Positions 20,403 to 30,291 of a stretch of DNA of 61,063 nucleotides are shown piece by piece. This DNA comes from Anaerolineae bacterium (GTDB taxonomy: Bacteria > Chloroflexota > Anaerolineae > JAADDB01): assembly GCA_015486845.1 (NCBI GenBank), contig WFQU01000049.1, positions 1 to 61,063 of the forward strand, given 5' to 3'. The translations under genes and the position numbers were made by a program. The notes beneath the pieces are model-generated. The model was given only the letters and a program-made list of their open reading frames with translations. It searched no databases and was not told the origin of the DNA. Each line of letters opens with the position of its first letter. Position 1 is the stretch's first letter.

Positions 20403-21470
20403 ATGAAAGGATTAGTGCTCAGCGGCGGTAAAGGAACGCGTCTGTATCCCATCACTTACACCCGAGCCAAACAGTTGGTGCCGGTGGCCAACAAGCCGGT
20501 TCTATTCCGGGTTATCGAATCCATCAGGGACGCTGACATTGAGGAAATTGGCATCGTAGTGGGCAACACTGCCGCCGAAATACAAGAAGTCGTCGGTGAT
20601 GGCAGCCGCTGGGGTGTTCGCATTACTTACATCCCGCAGGAAGCCCCGCTGGGCCTGGCCCATGCAGTGAAGATCAGCCAGGACTTCTTGGGCGATAACA
20701 ATTTTGTTATGTTCTTGGGCGATAATGTCATTCAAGGTGGCATTTCTAAACTCATTCGTGATTTTGAGACCAATGCCTATAACGCTCAGGTCGTGCTGAA
20801 GAAGGTTAGCGAGCCGCAGCATTACGGCGTGGCAGAATTAGACGAACATGAACGGATCCGCCGCCTGGTGGAAAAACCACGCCAGCCCCAAAGTGATTTA
20901 GCTTTGGTAGGCATTTATATGTTCGACCCCAATATTTTCCAGGCTGTCCAGGCTATCAAGCCGTCATGGCGCGGGGAATTAGAAATTACTGACGCTATCC
21001 AATGGTTGGTGGAAAATGGCTTTGACGTGCACCCTTACGTGCATAAAGGGTGGTGGATTGACACTGGCAAGCCTATTGACATGCTAGAAGCGAATAACCG
21101 CGTGCTGTTGGAAATTGTGCCGAACGTGGCCGGCTATATCGATCGTGATTCAGATGTAGACGCCCGGGTTACTATTGAGGCGGGTGCAGAAGTGATCAAC
21201 AGCGTTGTGCGCGGTCCTACCATTATTGGGAGCAATAGCCGTTTGATAAACGCCTATGTTGGTCCTTTTACGTCTATTTACCACGATTGTCTGCTGGAAA
21301 ATGTGGAAATCGAGCACAGTATTGTCATGGAACAGTGCACGCTGAAAAATATTCCCAACCGCATTGAGGATAGTCTCATTGGGCGTAACGTGGAAATCAG
21401 CCACTCGGCTATCAAGCCGCGGGCGTATAAGCTGACCATTGGTGACAACAGTCAGTTGGGATTGTTGTAA
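20403..21470 (+). CDS. rfbA: Glucose-1-phosphate thymidylyltransferase (long form)
   Basis: LSGGKGTRLYPIT..AKQLVPVANKP, PLGLAHA, LGDN, RGELEITDA, hexapeptide tail. Confidence 0.9.
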   Translation: MKGLVLSGGKGTRLYPITYTRAKQLVPVANKPVLFRVIESIRDADIEEIGIVVGNTAAEIQEVVGDGSRWGVRITYIPQEAPLGLAHAVKISQDFLGDNNFVMFLGDNVIQGGISKLIRDFETNAYNAQVVLKKVSEPQHYGVAELDEHERIRRLVEKPRQPQSDLALVGIYMFDPNIFQAVQAIKPSWRGELEITDAIQWLVENGFDVHPYVHKGWWIDTGKPIDMLEANNRVLLEIVPNVAGYIDRDSDVDARVTIEAGAEVINSVVRGPTIIGSNSRLINAYVGPFTSIYHDCLLENVEIEHSIVMEQCTLKNIPNRIEDSLIGRNVEISHSAIKPRAYKLTIGDNSQLGLL

Positions 21471-22243
21471 TGGTGCGTTCTTTTCCTGAGTTAGCGGCTC
21501 AACGGTGGCATATCTGGCGGCATCCTCTGGAACATGATGGACTATCTTGCCCAAACTGGCAACGCTTAGCGCCTATTTATCGCTTGCGCCTGACTGATAC
21601 GTTGCCACAGCGTCAGCGAAAATTGCGGCAGTTGATGGTTTTCTTGCATCAGCGTTTTATTCGCTTGCAAGAAGCCTGGCCGGCGTGGGACGAGTTCGAT
21701 GTCGGCGCTTATTTTGATCTCTATCCGGATCAAGCGACAGCGCTGTGCGAGACCAGGGTGCATAACGGTAAGTTGCAAGTCGTTTTCTTCGTCGATATGC
21801 TCATGCCGTCTTTCCGCCGGGCGCTGCACTACTGGCAAACAGTGGTCGTGCCGGCCTACAAACAAGTAGAACCATCGTTAGCTGGCCCGGTTAGCCGGCC
21901 CACTTCACTGCAACAGGTGCTGGGCACGGCTTTCGACAACGACATCATGCCGGAATTTGATGCCCTCTATCTGGAGGCACACACTGCCATGTTACAAAGT
22001 ATACGCCCCTTGGCCCAGTCCGGTGATGTACATTTCTTGGCCCATAGCGCTGCTTGTTTAGAACGTCTGCGCGTGGCCAAAGCTTATCGCAAAGCCGGGC
22101 CAAATCAGATTGCAACCAAATTAGATCAGGTTCCCACGCTTACGCTGGAACACACCATTGTTATTGCGCACAATGTTCGACGACGACGCCAGATGCGTTT
22201 GGCGCGTTACCGGGATAGACTGAAACATCATTGGGCGCTATAG
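21470..22243 (+). CDS. Hypothetical protein
   Basis: 257-aa ORF coupled to rfbA by TAATG; no motif recognised. Confidence 0.65.
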   Translation: MVRSFPELAAQRWHIWRHPLEHDGLSCPNWQRLAPIYRLRLTDTLPQRQRKLRQLMVFLHQRFIRLQEAWPAWDEFDVGAYFDLYPDQATALCETRVHNGKLQVVFFVDMLMPSFRRALHYWQTVVVPAYKQVEPSLAGPVSRPTSLQQVLGTAFDNDIMPEFDALYLEAHTAMLQSIRPLAQSGDVHFLAHSAACLERLRVAKAYRKAGPNQIATKLDQVPTLTLEHTIVIAHNVRRRRQMRLARYRDRLKHHWAL

Positions 22244-22294
22244 CTACAAAGTCATAAAATTTGTGGTAACTACTCAATCATCGTCAAAGAGAAC

Positions 22295-22385
22295 ATTGAT
22301 TACGCAGAGTTCACGCAGATAAATTAGACAAAAGTAGAGGGAATTAGCGTTTATCTGTATCACCTGCGCCGTATTGTCGGGGATG
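22295..22385. repeat. Degenerate CGCAGAT/ATCTGCG module
   Basis: Resembles 6530-6615 and 54340-54445. Confidence 0.55.
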
Positions 22386-22425
22386 CTGCGTTGTCAGAAA
22401 TTGTGCCTACCCACAAGGAGGAGAA

Positions 22426-23670
22426 ATGACAGTAATAAGAGCGTTTACTGGTATTCGGCCGCGAGCGGATAGGGTTGGACAAGTTGCCAGTCCGCCCTAC
22501 GACGTGATGAATGCTGCAGAAGCCAAACAAATGGCCGGGAACAACGATGCTTCATTTCTGCATGTTGTAAAAGCCGAAATCGATTTTCCCGACGGCACCG
22601 ACCCACACAGCGACGTAGTTTACCAAAAGGGGGCAGAAAATTTGCAAAAGCTGCTCGCTCGGGGCATTCTGCAACGCGATGTTCAACCCAGTTTGTATCT
22701 CTACGAGCAGACTATGGGCGAGCACCGACAACGCGGCATCATAGCGGCAGTCAGCGTGGCGGAATACGAGCAGGGAATTATCAAGAAACACGAATTGACC
22801 CGCCCGGATAAAGAGGATGACCGGACCCGGCATATCGACATTCTCAACGCCCATACTGGACCGGTGATGTTAACTTATCGAGCAAAGCCCAAAATAGACC
22901 GACTTAGCGATGAAATCTGTGACACGACAGTACCCGTTTACGATTTCGTGGCGCGGGATAATGTTCGCCATCGATTTTGGGTCGTTTCCGATCCGGCGCC
23001 AATCGCCGCCTTGCAAGCGTGTTTCCAAGAAGTCGCGGCGTTGTACATCGCTGATGGGCACCACCGCAGCGCAGCTGCGGCGCGGGTGGCCGCATTGCGC
23101 CGGGCGCACAACCCTCACCATACCGGGCAGGAACCGTATAACTACTTCTTGGGTGTCCTTTTCCCCCACGATCAATTGCAGATTTTGGGCTATTACCGGG
23201 CTATTAAAGATTTGAACGGACTCGATCCGGATACTTTCCTGAGCAAAATAGCCACACTGTTCGATGTGACGACCACCGACACGCCGATTCCCTCGGAGAA
23301 ACACCAATTTGGCATGTACTTGGACGGCCAATGGTACCGGTTAGTCGCTAAAGCGGATACTTTCACGCCGAACGATCCGGTGCAGAGCTTGGACGTCTCC
23401 ATTTTGCAGGAAAACCTCATCTGCCCGATTTTGGACATCCAATCGCCGCGCACGGACCAACGTATTGCTTTCATCGGTGGCATTCGCGGCAGCAAAGCGC
23501 TGGAACAACGGTGCCATGAAGACATGCGGGTTGCGTTTACTTTGTATCCAACCAGCGTTGAGCAATTAATGGACATCGCGGACAGTGGCGCTATTATGCC
23601 TCCTAAGTCCACCTGGTTCGAGCCTAAACTCTATTCTGGCGTCGTGGTGCATAGCTTGAGCGAAGCATAA
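22426..23670 (+). CDS. DUF1015 family protein
   Basis: ASPPYDV, IKKHELTR, YIADGHHR, MPPKSTWFEPKL. Confidence 0.9.
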   Translation: MTVIRAFTGIRPRADRVGQVASPPYDVMNAAEAKQMAGNNDASFLHVVKAEIDFPDGTDPHSDVVYQKGAENLQKLLARGILQRDVQPSLYLYEQTMGEHRQRGIIAAVSVAEYEQGIIKKHELTRPDKEDDRTRHIDILNAHTGPVMLTYRAKPKIDRLSDEICDTTVPVYDFVARDNVRHRFWVVSDPAPIAALQACFQEVAALYIADGHHRSAAAARVAALRRAHNPHHTGQEPYNYFLGVLFPHDQLQILGYYRAIKDLNGLDPDTFLSKIATLFDVTTTDTPIPSEKHQFGMYLDGQWYRLVAKADTFTPNDPVQSLDVSILQENLICPILDIQSPRTDQRIAFIGGIRGSKALEQRCHEDMRVAFTLYPTSVEQLMDIADSGAIMPPKSTWFEPKLYSGVVVHSLSEA

Positions 23671-23684
23671 CACGTCAGGGCGGA

Positions 23685-24221
23685 CCTGAAAAACGAGAGC
23701 AGAAAAGGGGCCCCCTATCCCTCAACCTTGGGGGGGCAACACACCCCCAGAATTGGGGGCCGGGGGGCGCACGGAGCTCAAAGCTCCGTGCTACAGGGTA
23801 AGGAAGCCCGCTGAAGCGGGCTTAGGTTTTACGTAGCCCGGCGGCTTTCAGCCCCGGACAATGGGTGCGGCTGTCGCCAAGCCTTTAGGTGGGTTGGTGG
23901 GTCTACCACTGGCTAAAGCCTCGATGCCGGTACGTTAATTGATTTTGAGAAAACTATTTTCGTATTGCTGGCCTAATGTATTTGAGATCAGCGTGTATCA
24001 ACGTTGATCAGCGTTCTGTTTTCCGGAGGAAAGGGTAGCCGAAGGCATTGCCTTCGGCTACCCTCCAGAGAAGTTTATTTTCAAAGGAGTCGGCATGAGC
24101 CTACGGCACACCACAGCGGATGAAAATCTACGACTGGCGTCGAGCCTTTAGGCGGCTTGGTAGCGTCAACACCGGCTAAAGCCTCCACTCCGGTACCGTG
24201 GCGTTCTATTTTCAAGAGGAG
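23685..24221 (+). repeat. Mosaic repeat array
   Basis: CCCCCAGAATTGGGGG, GCACGGAGCT-CAA-AGCTCCGTGC, AAGCCCGCT-GA-AGCGGGCTT and GGCTAAAGCC (x2) modules; full site 24076-24127, terminal half site 24207-24221. Confidence 0.9.
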
Positions 24222-24226
24222 TGACT

Positions 24227-26020
24227 ATGGAGTCAACAAACCTGTATCCGTTATATCGATATTTACAAGCTTATAATATTTCCCTGCCTTCATTCTCTCC
24301 GGACGGTCAACATGTGATTTTCCTGACCGACGTCACTGGCCTGCCGCAATTATGGGAATTGCCATTGCCAGGCGGCTGGCCCCGGCAACGCACTTTCGAG
24401 ATGGAAAGAATCGCTTTCGGCCAATACAGTCCCACGAGGACACAGTTGGTCTACGGCCAAGACGAAGGCGGCAATGAGAAGATGCAAATCTGGATGTTGG
24501 ATGCCGATGGACGCCAACGGCAGCTCACTAACGATCCCAACGCAATTCACCATTTCGGTGCTTGGTCACGCGACGGCCGGCAAATCGCTTTTTCCCACAA
24601 TGAGCGTAACGGCCGCGATTTCGATATCGCTGTCATGGATATCGCCACCGGTCAGCGCCGGGAAGTGTATCGGGGCGAGCGTCTCATGCTGCCTACGGAC
24701 TGGTCGCCGCACCAGCGCTATTTAGTGGTGCAACAGAACCATGTGCCTTTCAACCACGACCTCTACCTGCTCGATTTGGTAGATGGCCAGGCCCGGCAGC
24801 TCACGCCACATGACGGTGACGCCCGTTATTTGCACCCCACTTTCGCGCCGGATGGACATTCTCTCTACCTGATCAGCGATAAGGGTCGGGAATTCTTAAC
24901 GCCGGCCCGCCTGGACTTGCCGGATGGCGCATTACACTTTTTATTCGAGACAGATTGGGACGTGCCGGAAATGGTTGTCAGCCGGGATGGCATGTGGCTC
25001 GTTTATGTTATCAACGAGGATGGCACCTTCCGGCTGCACAGCCGGCATTTGGCTGACGGGCAGGAAAACATTGTTAATGACCTGCCGGCCGGCGTCATGA
25101 GCGGCTTAGCCTTTAGCCAGAACAACCGGCAAGTCGCATTCCAGCTAGACGGCCCCCAGAACCCACCCGATATCTGGCTATACGACGTACAAAGCGGTCA
25201 GACACGCCGGCTCACCCAAAATAGTCGGGGCGGCATCCCCGCCGAGGCGCTACAGGCGCCAACACTAATTCACTATCCCACTTTCGATGACCTCCAGATA
25301 CCCGCTTTTTTCTATCGGCCTAATAATGGCCCCGAACGACCACCTTGCATCGTCTATGTGCACGGTGGCCCGGAGAGCCAATTTCAGAACAAATACGAGC
25401 CGGTGTTGCAATACTTCGTGCAGCGCGGGTTTGCTGTTCTGGCCACCAATGTGCGCGGTTCCACCGGCTATGGCCGCACGTATACCCATTTGGACGACGT
25501 GGAAAAGCGGTTGGACAGCGTCGCTGATTTAGCCCACGCTGTTTATTGGCTGCGGCAACGTGGCGCCGTGCAACCAGATCGTATCGGCATCATGGGACGA
25601 AGCTATGGCGGCTTCATGGTTCTGGCCGCGGTGACGCACTATCCGGAGCTCTGGCAAGCTGCCGTGGACATCGTTGGTATCGCCAACATGGTTACTTTTC
25701 TGGAAAACACTAGCCCGTGGCGGCGTCACCTGCGTGAAGCAGAATATGGCAGCTTGGCCCACCATCGCGAACTTTTAGCGCGTATTTCGCCTATCCACAT
25801 GGTTGATCACATCACAGCCCCTATGTTAGTGATCCACAGCGATAACGATACTCGGGTGCCCATCGGCGAAGCGGAGCAGATCGTGGCTGCGCTTCGCGAT
25901 AGGCGACATCCGGTTGAATATCTTCACTATGCCAACGAGGGACACCAAATGGTGCATTTAGAGAACAAGATCGACGCGTATCGTCATACGGCTGATTTCT
26001 TGGCCAAATTTTTGGCGTGA
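24227..26020 (+). CDS. S9-family peptidase
   Basis: Propeller repeats (FSPDG, WSRDG), VHGGPE, NVRGSTGYG, GRSYGG, NDTRV, EGH. Confidence 0.93.
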   Translation: MESTNLYPLYRYLQAYNISLPSFSPDGQHVIFLTDVTGLPQLWELPLPGGWPRQRTFEMERIAFGQYSPTRTQLVYGQDEGGNEKMQIWMLDADGRQRQLTNDPNAIHHFGAWSRDGRQIAFSHNERNGRDFDIAVMDIATGQRREVYRGERLMLPTDWSPHQRYLVVQQNHVPFNHDLYLLDLVDGQARQLTPHDGDARYLHPTFAPDGHSLYLISDKGREFLTPARLDLPDGALHFLFETDWDVPEMVVSRDGMWLVYVINEDGTFRLHSRHLADGQENIVNDLPAGVMSGLAFSQNNRQVAFQLDGPQNPPDIWLYDVQSGQTRRLTQNSRGGIPAEALQAPTLIHYPTFDDLQIPAFFYRPNNGPERPPCIVYVHGGPESQFQNKYEPVLQYFVQRGFAVLATNVRGSTGYGRTYTHLDDVEKRLDSVADLAHAVYWLRQRGAVQPDRIGIMGRSYGGFMVLAAVTHYPELWQAAVDIVGIANMVTFLENTSPWRRHLREAEYGSLAHHRELLARISPIHMVDHITAPMLVIHSDNDTRVPIGEAEQIVAALRDRRHPVEYLHYANEGHQMVHLENKIDAYRHTADFLAKFLA

Positions 26021-26262
26021 AAAGCCGGCATGGGCCGGCGGCCTGCCTGTGCAGGCAACGCAGACAGGCGCACTACAGCGGATGAGAATCTCTTGATAAG
26101 ATTGGGGATAGCGGGCTTGAGAATTTTAGTGTTGTCGCCGTGAGCTTGTCTGAGCTTGATAGTAACCAATGTATGAGTCGGGTCTAAGAACAGGGCGCTT
26201 TGTATTGCCAGCGTAATATATTTTGAGATCAGCGTGCATCAGCGTTCCACTTTTTAAGGAGG
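26021..26262 (+). repeat. Repeat array starting with a right half site that carries a 27-nt hairpin insert
   Basis: CCGGCATGGGCC..[CCTGCCTGTGCAGGCAACGCAGACAGG]..CACTACAGCGGATGAGAAT; later parts resemble 59909-59933 and 23960-24000. Confidence 0.8.
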
Positions 26263-26269
26263 TAAGGCC

Positions 26270-27415
26270 ATGGATTTCGCGTTCAATGAAGAACAACAAT
26301 TTTTGCACGATACGTTACACGATTTTGTTGCAAAAGAGGTCAAGCCGCAAGCCCGGCACGTGGATGAAACAGGAGAATTCCCTTGGGACATAATCCAAAA
26401 ACTGGGTGCTATGGGCATGTTGGGGCTCAACATCCCGGAGGCATATGGTGGCGCCGGTGCCGATGAACTGAGTGTAGCTATTTTCTTAGAAGAATTGGGC
26501 CGGGGCTGCGGTTCCACCGGACTCATCAGCGAGGCCCATCTCTGTTTAGCTGCGGCAGCTATCAACCTTTTCGGAAGTGAAGCACAAAAGCAGCGCTATT
26601 TGACGCCGTTGGCCCGGGGCAAAGTGTTGGGCGCGTTGGGTTTGACCGAGCCCGGCACAGGCAGCGACTTGCAAGGTATCCGCACCACAGCCCGGCGGGA
26701 CGGCGACGAATGGATCATCAATGGCAGCAAAATGTGGATGACTAACGGCGGCGTAGCGGGAACGGCCGTGTTACTCTGCCGCACCAAAGCGGAGCGAAGT
26801 AGTCATAGCCTGAGCCAGTTCATTGTGCCCACCGATACCCCCGGCTTCCAAGCCGGGCCGCCGGAAAAGAAAATGGGGTTGCACGGCTGCTGGAGCCACG
26901 CGGTGAGTTTGGACGATGTGCGCGTGCCGTTAGACCATCTGCTGGGCGCAGAAGGGAAAGGGCTACAACAAACATTGGCTGTTCTGGACGGTGGGCGTAT
27001 CGGTATCGGGGCCCTCAGCGTCGGTCTGGGACAAGCAGCCTTGGAGGAAGCTATCGGCTATGCCAGGCAGCGGGAAACTTTCGGCCGCCCCATCGCTGAG
27101 CACCAGGCGATCCAGTTCAAATTGGCCGACATGGCCACGAAAGTGCACATTGCCCGGCAAGCGCTTTATTATGCCGCTTGGCGCAAAGAACAGGGATTAC
27201 CGTTCAGCAAAGAAGGCGCTATGGCCAAGCTCTTTGCCACAGAGATGGCTGAAGAAGTCGCCTACCAGGCCATCCAAATCCACGGCGGCTATGGCTACAG
27301 CCACGAATATCCGGTAGAACGCATTTACCGGGATGCCAGGCTGATGACTATCGGCGAGGGTACTAGCGAAGTGCAGCGGATGGTCATTGCTCGACGGATA
27401 ATCAAAGGCCGCTGA
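26270..27415 (+). CDS. Acyl-CoA dehydrogenase
   Basis: LTEPGTGSD, NGSKMWMTN, RETFGRPI, IHGGYGY, IGEGTSEVQR. Confidence 0.95.
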   Translation: MDFAFNEEQQFLHDTLHDFVAKEVKPQARHVDETGEFPWDIIQKLGAMGMLGLNIPEAYGGAGADELSVAIFLEELGRGCGSTGLISEAHLCLAAAAINLFGSEAQKQRYLTPLARGKVLGALGLTEPGTGSDLQGIRTTARRDGDEWIINGSKMWMTNGGVAGTAVLLCRTKAERSSHSLSQFIVPTDTPGFQAGPPEKKMGLHGCWSHAVSLDDVRVPLDHLLGAEGKGLQQTLAVLDGGRIGIGALSVGLGQAALEEAIGYARQRETFGRPIAEHQAIQFKLADMATKVHIARQALYYAAWRKEQGLPFSKEGAMAKLFATEMAEEVAYQAIQIHGGYGYSHEYPVERIYRDARLMTIGEGTSEVQRMVIARRIIKGR

Positions 27416-27561
27416 GTTCGCAAACTACGGCTCTTTGTGCTACATTTCGGAATGGGAAAACTCATTAGAAGAGCAGGATGCACCGGCTCTGATCACCGTT
27501 ACTGGCGTCTTGCTCGAAACAGGTTGAGCAATAACGAAAATAAAGACGAAGGGGTAAAATC

Positions 27562-28494
27562 ATGCGTATTGTCGTCACCGGCGGCGCCGGCTTTGTCGGC
27601 TCCCATTTATGCGATCGGTTGTTGGCCGAAGGACATTCGGTTATTGCAATGGATAATCTCATCACCGGCAGCACTGATAACATCGCCCATCTTTCCAGCA
27701 ACAAGAATTTCCAATTTATTTACCATGACGTGACAGAATATATCTATATCGCCGGGGAAGTGGATGGCATTTTCCACTTGGCTTCTCCCGCTAGCCCCAT
27801 TGACTTTCCCACTTTGCCTATCCAAATTATGAAAGTGGGCGCTTTGGGCACCCACAAGGCGTTAGGTTTAGCCAAAGCGAAAGGAGCTCGGTTTTTAATG
27901 GCATCTACTTCGGAGGTGTATGGTGACCCAGAAGTGCATCCCCAACCAGAAAGTTATTGGGGGCACGTCAATCAAATTGGCCCGCGCGGCGTTTACGACG
28001 AAGCCAAACGTTTCGCTGAAGCGCTGACCATGGCTTACCATCGCATCCATAATGTGGACACGCGTATTATTCGCATTTTCAACACGTATGGGCCCCGGAT
28101 GCGGCTCAAAGATGGCCGTGTCGTGCCTAATTTCATGACGCAAGCGCTGCGAGGCCAGCCCCTGACCGTTTATGGTGACGGCAGCCAGACCCGCTCTTTC
28201 ACCTACGTGTCCGATTTGGTCGGAGGGATGTATCGGCTGTTCATGTCGGACGAAATCACGCCGGTGAATGTCGGTAACCCGGTGGAATACAGCATTCGCC
28301 AATTTGCTGATCTTGTGAACCAGGTCACCGGCAACAGCGCCGGCGTTACTTTCTTGCCGCTGCCCAAAGATGATCCGAAACGCCGCCGCCCGGACATCAG
28401 CAAAGCGCGCCGAGTACTCGGCTGGGAACCACAAGTGTCCCTATCCGAAGGATTGCAACGCACCGTGACCTATTTCCGAGCAGCGATGAAGTAA
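27562..28494 (+). CDS. UDP-glucuronate decarboxylase family SDR
   Basis: [55 protein letters not shown]. Confidence 0.92.
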   Translation: MRIVVTGGAGFVGSHLCDRLLAEGHSVIAMDNLITGSTDNIAHLSSNKNFQFIYHDVTEYIYIAGEVDGIFHLASPASPIDFPTLPIQIMKVGALGTHKALGLAKAKGARFLMASTSEVYGDPEVHPQPESYWGHVNQIGPRGVYDEAKRFAEALTMAYHRIHNVDTRIIRIFNTYGPRMRLKDGRVVPNFMTQALRGQPLTVYGDGSQTRSFTYVSDLVGGMYRLFMSDEITPVNVGNPVEYSIRQFADLVNQVTGNSAGVTFLPLPKDDPKRRRPDISKARRVLGWEPQVSLSEGLQRTVTYFRAAMK

Positions 28495-28633
28495 GTATAC
28501 AAAGTATACAGATCGTTGGAAAGCTACCGGGGCTCCCGCAAAGCCGCGGTACGGTGATTTTTAGCCACGTCCGTACTTTATTTCGTCAATTATGATGATA
28601 TGATGTCGTATAGCTAAAGATAACACAGTCCGT

Positions 28634-29026
28634 TTAAATATACAGCGGTCCTGGTCCCGGTGGCTTGGGCCGCGCTGCTTCTTCGCCTGGCTCAACAAAT
28701 ACCATCGGGAACGATTTTGTTTCCTGAGCCAATATTTCATTATCTCTGCTTAAAGTGACTTCTAAGCGGTACGTTTCTCCCTCTTGAGGTTCTGAGCGCA
28801 GGTGCAATGTGACGGAGATATTGAAATCTCTATTTTCTATGATGTTGAACTCACTCAGCCGCCGGCCTTCCGGTGCATACAGGGTCGCTTCGACATTAGG
28901 ATACTTGCTAAACGGGGAGAGGTCAATGCGTACCCACAACTTCGTTAAATCCGGATAGGGATAAATCAATAAACGTTCGATCTTTGGGGTAGTTTCTTCA
29001 ATCTCCGGCACAGGGAAATCTGCCAT
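28634..29026 (-). CDS. Hypothetical protein
   Basis: 130-aa ORF with AAGGAG SD. Confidence 0.75.
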   Translation of the reverse strand: MADFPVPEIEETTPKIERLLIYPYPDLTKLWVRIDLSPFSKYPNVEATLYAPEGRRLSEFNIIENRDFNISVTLHLRSEPQEGETYRLEVTLSRDNEILAQETKSFPMVFVEPGEEAARPKPPGPGPLYI

Positions 29027-29144
29027 AATGTTTTTGTTCTCCTTGAAAGAAACGGGTTCCTCTGTTACAATTCGGAATGTCTTTCATTAACCACAAATAA
29101 CATTGTAGCGCAACTATCATCCGCTTGTCTATTTCGAGAACGCG

Positions 29145-30149
29145 TTGACACTTCAAGGAGAGAGCACTATGCATCGTTGCCAGTCTGGAATCGTTATCTT
29201 TTTATCTTTGCTTCTGGCTATTGTCATGCCAATTACCGTACAGGCTGACGAAACGACTATAACGTATCAAGTACATGCAGGCGAAACATTGGTTAGTATT
29301 GCTCAGCTTTTTGGCACGGATGTGGGCTATTTAATGCAGCTCAACGGTTTGCGTGCCCCGAACTTTATTTGGGCGGGGAAGAAACTCATCGTGCCGCAAC
29401 CGACGGCCACGCCAACGCCGGATTATTATGTTGTCAGGGTTGGCGATACATTAAGCAGCATCGCGTTGCGGTTTCATCTCACAGTGCCTCAATTAATGAC
29501 CCTGAACGACCTACGTTCCAGTTACTATATTTGGATTGGCCAACATTTGCGTGTTCAGGGCCTAGTCACTGAACCTTCGCCTCCTTCGGACGAAGATATT
29601 ACATATAGGGAACATGTCGTGCAGTGGGGAGAGACGCTTGCCAGCATCGCCGCACAGTACAATGTGAACCCGGCTGACATTATTGCCGCGAACAGCTTGC
29701 GCAACGCGAACTATGTCTGGGCCGGACAAAAGTTGCGCATTCCGCAACGAGGCGGCAATCCGCTGCCGCCGCCGGCTGCACCACATCCCATCAGCAGCGG
29801 CAAATGGATAGATGTCAACGTGACCACGCAACGTATTGTGGCCTACACCGGAAGCATGCCGGTTTTTTCGACCAGCGTCAGCGGCGGTACGCCGGCGCAT
29901 CCCACTGTTTTAGGAACGTATCACATTTACCTGAAATTGCCGTCACAGCGCATGACTGGCCCGGGCTACGATTTGCCCCATGTACCATGGGTCATGTACT
30001 TTTATAGCGGCTACTCTTTTCACGGCACTTACTGGCATCACAATTTTGGTTATCCCATGAGCCACGGTTGCCTGAACATGCGCACTCCAGAAGCACAATG
30101 GCTCTATCAATGGGCTCCTTTAGGGACGGCCGTCTTTGTGCACCAGTAA
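29145..30149 (+). CDS. LysM (x3) L,D-transpeptidase (YkuD domain)
   Basis: Signal peptide, three LysM repeats, HGTYWH..SHGCLNM catalytic motif; ATG 29169 after AAGGAG is an alternative start. Confidence 0.92.
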   Translation: MTLQGESTMHRCQSGIVIFLSLLLAIVMPITVQADETTITYQVHAGETLVSIAQLFGTDVGYLMQLNGLRAPNFIWAGKKLIVPQPTATPTPDYYVVRVGDTLSSIALRFHLTVPQLMTLNDLRSSYYIWIGQHLRVQGLVTEPSPPSDEDITYREHVVQWGETLASIAAQYNVNPADIIAANSLRNANYVWAGQKLRIPQRGGNPLPPPAAPHPISSGKWIDVNVTTQRIVAYTGSMPVFSTSVSGGTPAHPTVLGTYHIYLKLPSQRMTGPGYDLPHVPWVMYFYSGYSFHGTYWHHNFGYPMSHGCLNMRTPEAQWLYQWAPLGTAVFVHQ

Positions 30150-30156
30150 TGTGTGC

Positions 30157-30261
30157 TTACTGTTCCATTTCTTTGAGCATGGCAGCGGTCTCGCCCAAAG
30201 TAGAGCCGGAAACCAGTTCCGATAGTGTTTCGGGATCGCCAAAATAGCCAATAGCTGCCAT
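30157..30261 (-). pseudogene. Possible nitroreductase C-terminal remnant
   Basis: AAIGYFGDPETL-SELV resembles the nitroreductase tail AIGYxGDPxxL...LSELV from recall; abuts a repeat junction. Confidence 0.35.
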
Positions 30262-30291
30262 GATGTACTGGTTTTCCTTCCTCTTGAGGTG

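Noticed and set aside
24076-24127. Classical integron attC site
   Set aside because: No RYYYAAC/GTTRRRY cores and no intI in the window; only the architecture is analogous
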